A DNA stretch of 64,000 nt from Octopus sinensis (Eukaryota). Shown in pieces: positions 1 through 12,364 of the stretch. The notes below the pieces were generated by a model. It did not search any database and was not told where the DNA came from. It saw only the letters and a list, made by a program, of their open reading frames with translations. The stretch's first letter is position 1. The number at the start of each line of letters is the position of its first letter. The position numbers were made by a program, and so were the translations under genes. Where the stretch lies: NCBI RefSeq assembly GCF_006345805.1, contig NC_042998.1, positions 164,300,001 to 164,364,000 of the forward strand, read 5' to 3'.

Positions 1-479
1 TGCGTGTATGCGTAAACATGTTTTCCATGATGATGATGTTATTTTGCTCCAAGTCAAGCTCGATGGAGCAGACCTTCGGTCAAAGGCATTCTAGCAGAGC
101 ACTTTTTTTTAATATGCACTATGAATCGAAGATTGCAATATCCTATGTGATTTTAAGAAGTCGAGTAGTGGTGTATAATTTGAGGAAAATTTGGCTACTA
201 ATTTTAGCAAAAAAGCGCAATCATGTTGAGGATTGCTCGTTTGCCCTAGTTTATCTTGAGGGGTGTCGTGTGATGTAATAGGAGTATACTTCATTTTCTC
301 CATTTTCCTATCTATTCCTTCTGATGGTGGCCATATTTGTGACAAAGAAATGTTTGAACTCTGTCCTATCTCTACATCTGTTGTTACCGTTCACTAATCT
401 TTTCGTATATCCTTCGGCAATGTTTAAAATTGCTGGCCTTGCGCCAAAATTTGAAGCCATTATTATTATTGATATTTTG

Positions 480-620
480 GTGTTAGTAAGGGCATCCAGC
501 TGTAGAAACCATACCAAAACAGACATGGAACCCGGGCAGCTCTTCAGCTGACCAGCTCCTCTCAAACATTCCAACCCGTGCAAGCATGGAAAACAGGCGT
601 TAAATGATGATGAGATGAGA
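480..620 (+). mobile_element. SINE/LINE 3' tail fragment (…gcatggaaaacaggcgttaaatgatgatga family)
   Basis: Shares the block aagggcatccagctgtagaaacc and the tail with the opposite-strand copy at ~1545-1765; ends in (GAT)n. Confidence 0.55.
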
Positions 621-1544
621 AAGCGTTTTAATAATACTCAAGTGTTGACTGCATTATTGATTAGTCATTGGATTGTGTTCGTAGTGGGACAACGCCTGCA
701 AAGATTCAGTCACTCGTATCAACGCCAGTATTCATTTTTTGTTGTTGTTTTTTTTTCTTTGAAGTCCGGTCCTTATTTCATCGGGACGTAAGCAAACATC
801 ACCGATTGCTAAAGCGGTGTAAATATTAGTAAAGGCATTCAAGTCGTGACCATCCAGTGTTTTGCCCAAGCACAGATCATTCATGATCATATTACTCAAT
901 GTACCTTGCTAATATGTGATTTGAGAGGTGTTTGTTTTCCCGTAAGTAGACGTAGAAATTCCATCATTTGTACCTTTCCGTATAATGACTATGCACATAA
1001 TAGGATCTGGGTGTTGCAGAATGATGTTTAATTCTGGCAACAAAATTATGTTGACCACATATGCAGACGGTTTGGATCTTTCTGTTTTATCTACGATCCC
1101 TTTCAAATGTAGGTCAAGTCGTTATTTCGACCCGGTAGAGTCTTGATCGGTGTGTTTCAACATAACGTTTTCTCTGTTATTTGGATTTAGTGTATCAAAT
1201 TAAAGGTTACATTTCCATTTTTTTTTCTTTTAATTATTTTTAAGGCAGTTTTGTCTCATTTGACGAAGTTAGGGCTGCTTTTGAGTAACTTCGTAGGACT
1301 TTTGTTGTCATAATTGGGGTGAATGCCGAATGTAAATATAAATTATCAAGTAACTCAAATCCTTCTCTTAGTTGGAACAGGAAAACAAAACCTAGGGTCT
1401 TGGGTCCAAGAAAGAGGGAGATAATTTTAAGAAATTGAGAATTAATCATTCAAAGCTACATGAAAGGAATTTCTGATCTAACCCTCTAAATGACATATTT
1501 TGGTCCAATTGACCTCAGCTGCAAAATATAGTCTACTCAATCGT

Positions 1545-1765
1545 GTTATCATTATCGTTTAACGTCTGTCTTCCATGTATGCATGGCTAGGACGGTTGAC
1601 AGGAACCGGCGAGGTAGAAGACTGCCCCAGACTACTTCGTCTGTGACGGCAGGGTTTTTACGGCTGGATGCCCTTCCTACCACCAACCACTCTACAGAGT
1701 GGACTCAGTGCTTTTTTTACGTGGCGTGGTTTTTACAGCTGGATGCCCTTTCAACTGCTGGTCTA
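1545..1765 (-). mobile_element. SINE/LINE 3' tail fragment, same family as 480-620
   Basis: Reverse complement of the tail (atcattatcgtttaacgtc…ccatg); internal duplication of ggtttttac(g/a)gctggatgccctt. Confidence 0.55.
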
Positions 1766-3688
1766 TGAGGTTACCCAGGGTTTCACGTTCACAAAGCGCT
1801 TAGCTTTACAGCATATCTTCAGACCCTAATGGCCGGTGGCTTATTACCTCTTGAAGAGAGGTAATATCTAATCTTTATCTAATTACGCTACTTCTTTATA
1901 ACTTAAAGAGTGCTTCTCTTTTGGATTTATGATTTACTGGCGATATATATTATAGTGATGAATTATAACAGGGAGCAGCAAAATTTACACTGTTAGTGGG
2001 TGGGGAATAATAATTGAGCTAAGGGGGATAACCCAAATATGATTCTGATCAAGTAAATTTGCCAAGTGGAACAAGCAGGATTCTAGATAAACTTTTGCAA
2101 CAAATCCCTTGCTTCTTTGTTATTATATTTTATTTCATTTCATTTCCACATTTCCACCCAGCAAAAATTTTGTATTTATTTTTTTTTGTCTTAATATTTT
2201 TTTTTTTATTCCCTCAGAATTTTTTTGTTTTTGTAACATGGCAGCTATGTTTAAGATTTCTTGACTTCCCTATCTAACTGAACCTTATTTTTTTTTCCCT
2301 TCGTACTGGTGGGGCGGGGTTTTATAGGTAGGTGGTGTGGTAGTGGTTTTGTTGTTGTTGGTGGTGGTGGTGGTACTTCTATATACAACAACAGACAGTG
2401 CTTAGTACGCCCTCTCACTAGTTGACTTCACAACTAAGAGAAAAAAAATATTAGTGAGAAAGCAAGACCGAAGAAAAGATGAGGAAAACATAAACCTCCC
2501 TCTCTTCCTCCCTCTGTCTATCTATCTTTCTCTCTGGCCTTTTCAACTTTCTCTCATTCCCTCCCTTCTCTTTTTGATGGCTTAAACAGACTAAACAGAC
2601 AAAAAATATGAGGCATGGAGCAGAGAGATGTTCAGTTACACATATGCACACACACACACACACACACACACACTCTCATTTTCTCTATCTCTCTATCTAT
2701 GTTCGGTTCTTTCTGATGGCGTGAATATGCCGACTTGTTGTTTGACATAAAGCATGTCACACGTTGTTGTTATTGTTGTTGTGTGAGTGTGAAAGAAAAT
2801 GAGAGAGATAGGGTAGAATTTGAGTGACAGGTGTATGTATGTATGTGTGTGTAGTATGTATGTATGTATGTGTATGTTTTACTCTAAGGTTATGTACATG
2901 GTGGAGGTGCTGGGGGTGGTTATTGGTTACAGAGCTTGCTTAAAGATCGTTTTACCCACTAACATACGTTTTGTGTTACAGTGCAGTTTGGAAGAAAGAA
3001 AGAAGGGGAAAGTAGGAAGGGAGAAAAAGAGGGAGAGTTCCACAAGTGTGTCTCTCACTCGAACTAAGTGAAGGATGAAGGTTAGAAAATATGGCGGTTA
3101 TTAGAAGTCTCTTTTGTTTTATCTAGCTATATCGTCTGCTACAGATAGAAATAAATAGGGTCAGGGTCGGTGGTGGTTAGGAGGAGGAAGAGGAGCACTA
3201 GGTTTCAAGCAATAGGTTGGCCTCATTGAGCAGACCTATGATCAGAAGGCAGTCCGAGTATGATCATCTCGTCTTTCTGCGCGTCTTTTCTTCACTGAAG
3301 CTGTCTTTGCATCAGATATGGGCAACCTTTTTTCCCAAGAAGCGAGCTTCACAAGACACAAACTCATAATTTAATAGTGCGGGCCGTACTACTAAAATAT
3401 GAAACACATAGTAATGGGATTTGCGCTTTGGCTATGATTTTAAGTAGGCTGAGTAACCGCGGAGAGGCTCTGTCTGGCTCATTTGGGTTGGTGTTCATGT
3501 TAGTGTTAATGATTATAGTCTCAGTTCTCAACCAAGGTCCATATGGCTCTTGGGGGTTCATATAAGATTTAAAGATTTATCTACAATAAATTCGCTATAC
3601 TTCTACAATGCACAATATTTTAACTTTTTTTTTTTTATACAATTCCTAATAATCTTTGATATTAGTTTCAAATTTTGGCATAAGGCCA

Positions 3689-4072
3689 GCAATTTCGGGG
3701 AGAGTAGCTGTGGTCAACTGGTATTTATTTTATCGGCTCCGAAAGGATGAAAGGCAAAGTCGACCTCGGTGGAATTTGAACTCAGAACGTAAAAGCGGAT
3801 AGAATACTGCTAAGCATTTTGCCCGGCATGCTAACGATTCTCTCAACACGCCACCTGAATAATATTCTTTTCTATTCTAGACACAAGGCTCGAAATTTTG
3901 TGGGAGGGGGCCAACCGATTAGATCGACTCCAGTACGCAACTGGTACTTATCAATCTTGAAAGGATGAAGGGCAAAGTCGACCTCGGCTGAATTTGAACT
4001 CAAAACGTAAAGACAGACGGAATACCGCTGAACATTTTGCCCAGCAAGTTAACGATTCTGCCAGCCGCCGCC
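3689..4072 (-). mobile_element. Two adjacent tRNA-derived SINE copies (family B)
   Basis: ggcaaagtcgacctcgg…aatttgaactc occurs twice; it is the reverse complement of the gagttcaaattc…gaggtcgactttgcc block also seen at 5.36, 6.68, 19.32 and 47.4 kb. Confidence 0.8.
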
Positions 4073-4094
4073 TGAATAATAATATTCTTCTACT

Positions 4095-4441
4095 GGTTTC
4101 AATCGTTTTTTACTGCAGCTATGCTGGAGCACCAGCACTGCCTAAAAATCTTTTTCTTATTCTTTGTAAGCCTAGTACTTATTCTATCTGTCTGTTTTGC
4201 CGAACCGCTAAGTTACGGGCACGTAAACACACCAACATCGGTTGTCAAGCGATGGTGAGAGGACAAACACAGACACACAAACGTATATATACGACAGGCT
4301 TCTTTTAGTTTCCGTCTAGCAAATCCACTCACAAGTTTTGGTCGACCCGAGGCTATAGAAGACACTTGCCCAAGGTGCCATGCCATGAGACTGAACCCGG
4401 AACTATGTGGTTGGAAAGCAAACCTCTTCCCACAAAGCCAC
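4095..4441 (-). mobile_element. tRNA-derived SINE (family A)
   Basis: Reverse complement of the head ggctgtgtggtaag…ggttcagt, core gacggaaactgaaagaagcc and tail ccagcatggc…cagtcaaatgactgaaac found in many copies in the window. Confidence 0.8.
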
Positions 4442-5356
4442 TTATGTGCCTTTTTTTTTTCTTTTTTTCTTTCTTGCCTTCCAGAGATTATGGTATATAA
4501 GATATTTAGCTGTTATTTCTAACAGAATGTAGTTCTTCGCTCGTCTTCTGATCGTTAAAACGGCCTCTGGGTTTAAAGCATTTTCTCTCGTTAACCAAGC
4601 ATATTAAGAGAGTAACTCACTCACACTCGCTCCCGATTTTGTTTTACCCCCATCCCGAAGAAAAAAAAAGGGAAACCCTTTTTTCTTTTTGTCTTTTATT
4701 CTAGTACTTTTACTATTATCGCTTTAAAGTAGCTTTATAAGGAAGTATAGAGGTGTAGTAATATTTTACTCTCTTTCATTTCTCTCTCTCTCATATTATC
4801 TCCATCAATCCTTGCAAACGTCATCATCATCATCATATCTTAGACAAGTTTAGTGGGAGGCACATGAAATATAGACCGTGTTTCAAGCGACTTCCCCTGT
4901 CCACCTAGCGCCACCCTTTGCCCCCCCCAATTCCCTCTCTCTCTTTCGTTCTCTCTCCGTCTCTCCCTCCCTCCCTCCCTCTCTCTCTCTCTCTAGTGCT
5001 CTCTCTTCTCTAATGTGTGTATGAAGATGTAGGGGTGTTGTAAATCAGTACAACTGAACTCGAAAACCACGTTTCTTTACTTTGTCGTTTCCTTTTATAA
5101 AACAACAGCTGTTGCTCCCAACGTACATATCATAAGCTTGTATATTACACACACGCGCTGGTGCGCTTCTAAAGCATAAGTGTATATTGCGTTAGTGTGC
5201 GTGAGGAGTAGTAGTTGTAGTTGTAGTAGTAGTAGTAGTGGCTACGTGGTAAGAAGTTTGCTTCCCAACTTCACGGCTCTTGGTTCAATCCCACTTCGGT
5301 CTATTTAATCAGCTTGTTCCCCCACAAAAATTGCAGGCCTTGTGTCAAAAATCTGA

Positions 5357-5515
5357 AACCAAATTCCACCGAGGTCGACTTTGCCCTTCATCCTTTCGGG
5401 GTCGATAAATTAAGTACCAGTTACGCACTGGGGTCGATGTAATCAACTTAATCCGTTTGTCTGTCCTTGTTTGTCCCCTCTGTGTTTAGCCCCTTGTGGG
5501 TAGTAAAGAAATAAT
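5357..5515 (+). mobile_element. SINE family B, 5'-truncated
   Basis: aaattccaccgaggtcgactttgcc…gtttagccccttgtgggtagtaaagaaat is near-identical to 6690-6840. Confidence 0.8.
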
Positions 5516-6609
5516 AATTATTATTATTATTATTATCATCATCATCATCATCATCATATTTAAGTTCTGAGTTCAAATTCTACCACAGTTGACGAGTCAA
5601 TAAATTAAGGTGTCGTATCGGTTTGACTGCAAGCATTTCAAAAATGAAGGTTTACCGAAAATTTTAAAATTTTGCGCAATAATACGCTTGCCCAAACTGA
5701 ACTGCTAAAGTTATTTCATTTTTTCCCGAAAAATGCTTTTAAAAAATTAGAGTTGTAAAGTTTGGTGATTTTCACCTAGTCAGGAAACAGGATTGCGAAG
5801 TTGGCATTTTGTGCGTGACTGCACATTTTGTCGTCAACATCCTGAAAATAGCACGTGTTATCAATATTTGTAAACAACACGTGTTATGTCACCGGTAATT
5901 TTCTTTCATGTAAATAAATGTTTATGTTAATTTAAAAGATTTATCCAAAAAAATTTTATTTAGCTGTTATTTTTAGCACACAGCACAACCACCTCTGCTC
6001 AATGACAAAAAGCAACGAGTAAACAAGCATTTAAGCATTCAATGTGCATTTAATGCAAATGCGATAAACATATTACAATTTTTAACAAATATTTATCGGT
6101 TTTAATTTTTGAAATATCTTCCCCTGTTTTCAATGCTTCCATGATAGAAGCGAAGTTACTGGAGCTTGCTGCCATAATCACACAGAACACAGCGTCAAAT
6201 TTGTCAACACGTGCTTCCTCGCAGATAAAAGACTTATCAAAGACTTTTTGGATTCACTTGTTATTATGGCAACGGGCAGGTTGAGAGACAAAAGGGTTCT
6301 CAATTTCCGCTTCTTATGATCGAAACAGGCATAAATGTGTCTGTGGCTTACGATTGGCTAAAAGTACCAAAATTTTCAAACTTTAATTAATTTATAGAGA
6401 AAATTACTTTCACGTCATTAATTACCCTATGAAAGTGTATCATTACACCGAATATGAAATTAATTCGAACAGAATTCATGCTGGCAGCCAAACCGATAAG
6501 ATCCAAATTAAGTTCTAGTGAAGCACTGGATCGTAGTCCCCTCCTCCAAAATTGCAGGCCTTGTACATTTAGTAGAAAGGATTGTTATTATATTATTGTG
6601 CTAGCAGAA

Positions 6610-7010
6610 AGGCGGCGAGCTGGCAGAAACGTTAGCACGCCGGGCGAAATGCGTAGCTGTATTTCGTCTGCCGTTACGTTCTGAGTTCAAATTCCATCGA
6701 GGTCGATTTTGCTTTTCATCCTTTCGGGGTCGATTAAATAAGTACTAGTTACGCACTGGGGTCGATATAATCGACTTAATCCGTTTGCCTGTCCTTGTTT
6801 GTCCTCTCTGTGTTTAGCCCCTTGTGGGTAGTAAAGAAATAGGTATTTCGTCTGTCTTTACATTTTTTTAGTTCAAATTTCGCCAAGGTCGATTTTGCCT
6901 TTCATCCTTTTGGGTTCGATAAATTAAGTACCAGTTGAGTACTGGGTCGATCTAATCGACTTGCCCCTTCCTCCAAATTTTCAGATTTGTGCCTATTGTA
7001 GAAAGGATTA
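6610..7010 (+). mobile_element. SINE family B, full copy plus a second partial copy
   Basis: Head aggcggcgagctggcagaaacgttagcacgccgggcgaaatgc with B-box-like gagttcaaattcc; a second gttcaaattt…gtcgatttt block follows at ~6870. Confidence 0.85.
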
Positions 7011-7077
7011 TTATTTATTTATTATTATTGTTGTTGTTGTTATCATACTACAATGTTAACTTTCTCTCTCATTTCAG

Positions 7078-7767
7078 TTGACCGTGATGATCAAAAGAAA
7101 TGACAAATGTGGATCAACCAATGTTATAACATACGTCACTCACGAACGAAGTTTGCCAAATGCCTTCGACGGTGGCGCTACGCATTACGGGCCCGGCAAA
7201 GAGATTGAACTAAAGGTGCTAGAACCGTCGAAATACGTCAAAATTCACATAAAATACATTGATACTACAATTTTAGTTCGTCACATTGGTCGCTACTTCA
7301 CGTTTTCGATTCGCATGCCGGAAGAAATTGTAAACTCATCGACTGCTGACGAACAACCCGAGTTGTGTGTCGATGGCTGTCCAAAACTCCAGCAAATTGA
7401 CTACAAAAAATTCCTAGCTCGACGACAAGAGAAACTTAGGGAATACGAAAGAGAAAACAAAATAGACATGTTAAGAGTCGAAGCTGAAACGGCGTGTCGT
7501 AACGCTAATGTTGCTGGTTTTTACTTCGATTCATGTGTTTTTGATTTAATGACGACTGGAGATAATAATTTTACGGCGGCTGCTTACAACGCATGGCAGG
7601 ATCTTCTTAAGTTAAATCCAGAGATTGCCAAAAATGGCCGCAACCGGACAGATCTTTCAATATACGACAGTAGATTTTCAGGAATATCGCCATTGGGTGC
7701 TACAACATTTACGAATCTACTGGTTCTTTCTTGTACATTGTTAACTATTTGGTTGCATTGTTTGTAA
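7078..7767 (+). CDS. RGM: Repulsive guidance molecule (RGM/hemojuvelin family), terminal coding exon, phase 0, GPI-anchor-type C-terminus
   Basis: Pyrimidine tract plus acceptor tttctctctcatttcag immediately before 7078. The exon reads LTVMIK…, matching the LTIIFK exon start of RGMs. RGM C-domain motifs are present: YIDTTILVRHIGRYFTFSIRMPEE, LCVDGCP, ACRNANVAGFYFDSCVFDLMTTGDNNFTAAA. Hydrophobic tail LLVLSCTLLTIWLHCL; TAA at 7765-7767. The GDPH-containing upstream exon was not found in 1-7077. Confidence 0.92.
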   Translation: MTVMIKRNDKCGSTNVITYVTHERSLPNAFDGGATHYGPGKEIELKVLEPSKYVKIHIKYIDTTILVRHIGRYFTFSIRMPEEIVNSSTADEQPELCVDGCPKLQQIDYKKFLARRQEKLREYERENKIDMLRVEAETACRNANVAGFYFDSCVFDLMTTGDNNFTAAAYNAWQDLLKLNPEIAKNGRNRTDLSIYDSRFSGISPLGATTFTNLLVLSCTLLTIWLHCL

Positions 7768-8363
7768 AAGAGAAAAAATAACAGAAAGAAATATGGATTT
7801 TAACGAGTGGGAGATGAAAAGAAACATTTATTCAACGTTTTCACGTTAGATAAAAGAACTTTGTAAATGAATCAAAAATCAACACAAAATTATATAAATT
7901 TGCATGACACAACATATTTTACTGCAGTCTTTTATGTTTTGTTTTGTTTTGTTCTTTTTTTTTGTATATATTTGTTTCTGTGAGATATCTTGTGTCATTA
8001 ACTGTAAATTTCTGTATAAAAATCACTTCAACTAGAACTCTGTAAGTAAATAATAATAATTATAATAATAATAATAATTAATGACGATAAAAACAAAGTA
8101 ATTATATATATTGACTTGTTTGCTTTATTTTTCTTGAAAGAGTTTTTGTCTCTTTTTTTTTCATTTATTAATTGGTCAAACACTTCTACTCCTTTCATTT
8201 CTGTTAAGACTGTCAATATGTCTTCGATTTCTTTCTAAAGATAAGGTTACGTAATGCGCAACACTCTAACACATGTTATGACAAGCAGATTATTATAGCT
8301 TCCGTACTGTAATTATGATTTTGCACAAATGCAATACTGATTTCTTTCAAGCTCATAACATTA

Positions 8364-8942
8364 TATTGGGTTGTCCGGAAAGTTCGTGCCGATTTTAAAA
8401 GGAAAGAAAAAGGTCAATAAATACTTTATTGACCTTGCCATTACATTTTTAATCGACCAAATATGAACCATTTTGTTGCACAATGCGTCTCCATCTTTCC
8501 TTTAACTTGAAATTACTCTCTTCCCAAAATTGAGGTGGTTTCATGGCAAAGAATTCATCAAGGTATCTTTTTACGTCATCCAAGGAATTGAAATGTTTAT
8601 CATTAAGACTATTCTGCAGAGACCTGAATAAGTGGAAATCTGAAGGAACAATATCTGGTGAATATGGACGGTGGGGTAACACATCCCAGCCGAGCTGCAG
8701 CAGTTTTTGTCTGGTTCCCAAAGCATCAAGTGCTGAAAAGGAACTTTCTTATCTTCCCTTTTAAAGTGTTACAGAATTAACACAGATTATATGAACATAA
8801 ACCTTCTTCCACGAAAAGATAGCTTAAACTGTGATCTAAATGGAGGTGTAGTTAAATCCTATTTTTTGGACTCAACCATGTTCTAAAATAAGTCGGAAGG
8901 TAAATTACTATAAATCGGCACGAACTTTCCGGGCAACCATAT
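8364..8942 (-). mobile_element. Internally deleted mariner (DD34D, mellifera-like) element
   Basis: TIRs tattgggttgtccggaaagttcgtgccgattt / aaatcggcacgaactttccgggcaacca flanked by TA. The minus strand has an N-terminal remnant (…GAAGATAAGAAAGTTCCTTTTCAGCAC, cf. MEDKKVHFRH) fused to the C-terminal WDVLPHRPYSPDIVPSDFHLFRSLQN…WRRIVQQNGSYLVD. Confidence 0.9.
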
Positions 8943-9017
8943 ATATAGTCCACAAATATGCCCCCAACCACACACACACACACTGCTTAAATATGAAAAG
9001 AAAGCAGTTTTTTAACA

Positions 9018-9203
9018 CAATACTCCGCTATCGGTATGCCGCGGCACACTGGTGTGCCATGAGACGATGCTAGATGTGCCGCAGTGTAACCTGAATATGA
9101 TTTTTCCCCTATGCTTTCAGTTATATTTTTAGTTCAGGTTTGCTGCCGAATTTGGAAAAGAATATAAGTGTACCGCAACTGAAAAGAAGGTTGCGGAGCA
9201 CTG
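9018..9203 (-). mobile_element. hAT-type MITE (~186 bp)
   Basis: End ggttgcggagcactg; degenerate other end caatactccgctatcggt; 8-bp TSD ttttaaca/ctttaaca; second copy in opposite orientation at 55984-56161. Confidence 0.75.
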
Positions 9204-10341
9204 CTTTAACAATCATTTGATCTCTTGTACACGAGTCAACAAGAGAATATCTACGATATATTTCGGCCTGGTAGAAATAGCAACGAAATCTTCGTCAAAT
9301 TTAATAAAATAAAAGATTAGATGGATAATGGTAGGCCTGAGTTCTCTCTACACATAACAAAACGGAACGATCGCGATTAGAGTGCCGTTGATCTTTAAGT
9401 CTGCTTAATCAGGCCTGGTCAGAGTCCAATAACTCCATACACACTATGATAAATTTATTTTGCGATTCTCTCACTCTCTCTCTCATATAAACCGAATAAT
9501 ATGCTCTGTCGTCATCTTAACTCCTTAAACATACGAAGTAATAAATTTACCTCTCCACTATCGCAGCTTCCTACATACACACACCAACCTTCCGTAGTAT
9601 ATATAATTGCTTAAGTACTTCTGTAATCCTTACTGGATAATTTTATCGCGTTTCTGTCTGTCCAACACATGTGCCAGCATCTGTAGTATTGAATATAAAA
9701 TTACTGCTCCTCTCAATCATGACAGGTCAAGGTCATGATGGTGGAGAGGGTGGACAGCAAGGAGAATATCAGTTCTAAAGAAAAGCGATTATTATTGCTA
9801 TGATTGAGGTCCATGGAATGGCAGGCACAACAGGGTGCCGAGTTGAAAGCGCAATTATTAAAATCAGCATTCATTGAAAAATTAGAACAAGCAAATAGTA
9901 ATTAGGTGTTTACATGAACCAATGAGAAAGCCTCTCTTTAGTCGTTTTCCATCCCTGCTAGAAATAACAGTCAAATCCTTAAATCAAACTTTACCATCTT
10001 AACTAAAAGATTAGATCATGCATTATGTGCACTGTACCTGGGAGAAAAATTGAGGCATCCATATTGGATCAGAGATCAACTCTGTCCGAGGAGACCTGAA
10101 ACTAAGCAGTAATAATATTTGTCTTGAGTATCTTGTTAAATTTCTTCTAACCACTTGAAGTATTTCAATTTTTTACTTGATTATTTTCAAAACCAATTTA
10201 GTTTCGCATGCAGATGACGAAAATTGCATTCATTTTCCCAGAAATTAATGCAAAAGAAGTTACGTCAGTGTCATTTTTTAATAGAATCTGGTGAAAATAT
10301 AAAATATTTGATGCGGTCGGAAGAAATGTAACAAGATGTAT

Positions 10342-10538
10342 AGGTGTAGAAGTGATTGTGTGGTAAGTAGCTTGCTTACGAACCACATGGTTCCGGGTTC
10401 AGTTCCACTGCGTGGCACCTTGGGCAAGAGTCTTCTACTATAGCCTCGAGCCGGCCAAAGCCTTGAGAGTGGATTTGGTAGACGGAAACTGAAAGAAGCC
10501 CGTCGTACGGACGTTAAACGACGATGATGATGATGATT

Positions 10539-10591
<53 letters not shown>

Positions 10592-10711
10592 GTATAGGCT
10601 CGAAACGTAAAAGACTTGTTCTATTTCTATTCCTGAGCGCCATACTAATACATTTGTTTGTTTGTACTCCACCTGCCTTCGTCTTTTGTTTATTTTCGTA
10701 AACCTTCCCGT

Positions 10712-10771
<60 letters not shown>

Positions 10772-10998
10772 TGTGTGTGTGTGTTTGTCCCCCCCCTCCC
10801 CAACATCACTTGACAACCGATGCTGGTGTGTTTCCGTAACTTAGCGGTTCGGCAAAAGAGACCGCTAGAATAAGTACTAGACTTACAAAGAATAAAGTCC
10901 TGGGGTCGATTTGCTCGACTAAAGGCGGTGCTCCAGCATGGCCACAGTCAAATGACTGAAACAAGTAAAAGAGTAAAAAAAAAAAAAAAAGAGTAAAG
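10342..10998 (+). mobile_element. SINE family A, full length, with expanded internal (TA)n carrying a ~120-bp insert (10595-10712)
   Basis: Head gtgattgtgtggtaagtagcttgctt…ggttcagttccactgcgtggcacc, core, tail ggcggtgctccagcatggcc…(gagtaaaa)n. Confidence 0.85.
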
Positions 10999-11736
10999 AC
11001 TCTTTGTATTAAAATTCAACAAACACATCCTGCTTGATAAGCTGTAGTAATAAAGAACTACTCCATGTCTATATGTGTGAATGAAAGAACAACTTTGAAA
11101 GGAAGAAAAGAATATGGTTAAATGTAAACAAAGCCATTTGAAAGAAATTTATTAGACCAACTGGATAAACTGTGCTGTAAACACTATCCACGTTCACAAT
11201 TAGTAGTTGATAATTCCCCTTTGTTTTCTTTATGCTTATTCGACTGTCAGGTTCACCTACTGGGATAAATATTTTGTTTCTGATCACTCTCGGCTCCATC
11301 CGGTCATTGGGTCGTCACAAGAGGGCGCCATCAAAACTGACGAACAGTAAGCCCCTGAAAATAAACGAGACTGGTAATGGTGGTGTTGAGGGGCAAAAGT
11401 TTTAGGGATTGCTTGCTTGCTTTAACATTAGCATCAAAATGTCTTTGGGTTGTAAGATTAATTGCTATGTATGTACATATATATATTATGTATGTACATA
11501 TGATGTATATTTATATATTATATATGTATATATTATGTATGTACATATATATATTATGTATGTACATATGATGTATATTATATATTATATATGTATATAT
11601 TATGTATGTATACATACATATATATATATACATATATATACATATATATATATACACATATATATACATATGTATGTATATATATACATATGTATGTATA
11701 TATATACATATATATACATATATATATGTATATATA

Positions 11737-11791
<55 letters not shown>

Positions 11792-11800
11792 GGAGTAAAC

Positions 11801-11854
11801 AGCAAAAACTGTCTGATGAACGGCAACGAGAAACTCAGAGTAACAGATTTTGTT
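11801..11854 (+). ncRNA. Minimal type-I hammerhead ribozyme motif
   Basis: Stem I agcaaaaactgt/acagattttgtt (11 of 12 pairs); core CTGATGA at 11813-11819; stem II CG-GCAA-CG above an A·A mismatch; GAAA; helix III ACTC-A-GAGT; GTA cleavage triplet ending at 11842. Confidence 0.72.
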
Positions 11855-11921
11855 GAATTTTCTGCTGCTTTAAATAAAGTATATTATGTATGTGTATATA
11901 TATATTATGTATGTATATATG

Positions 11922-11959
<38 letters not shown>

Positions 11960-12049
11960 TAGTGTTTGTGTGTATACAATGCGTATACCCGTATGTATGT
12001 ATGATGTAGGAATATCCAACCTTGTGTGCATATGATTTTTTTTCTTTTT

Positions 12050-12364
12050 GGCCATACTGGGGCACTGCCTTGATCGACCCCAGTACTTTTTTTTACCTGG
12101 TGCTTATTCCATCGATTTCTTGTCGAACTGCTAAATTCGGGGACGTAAACACACTAGCACTGGTTGTCAAGTGGTGTTGAGAAACAAAAACAGAAAAAGA
12201 CATTTACGATGGGCTACTTTCAGTTTCCATCTACCAAATCCACTCACAAGGCCTTGGTTGACCCATGTTTATAGTAGCAGACACTTCCTCAAAGTACCAA
12301 GAAGTAAGACTGAACCCGGAACCATGCGGTTGAGAAGCAAGCTTCTTAACCACACGGCCACGCC
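12050..12364 (-). mobile_element. SINE family A, diverged
   Basis: Reverse complement of the family A head, core and tail blocks. Confidence 0.75.

Noticed and set aside
6610-6700. tRNA-like A/B boxes at SINE heads (also 10342, 14794, 55161)
   Set aside because: They continue into SINE bodies and tails shared by many copies; no complete cloverleaf, so they are not called tRNA genes.
1-7077. Upstream RGM exon with the GDPH autocleavage motif
   Set aside because: Not found in the ORFs or by eye; presumably lies upstream of the window.
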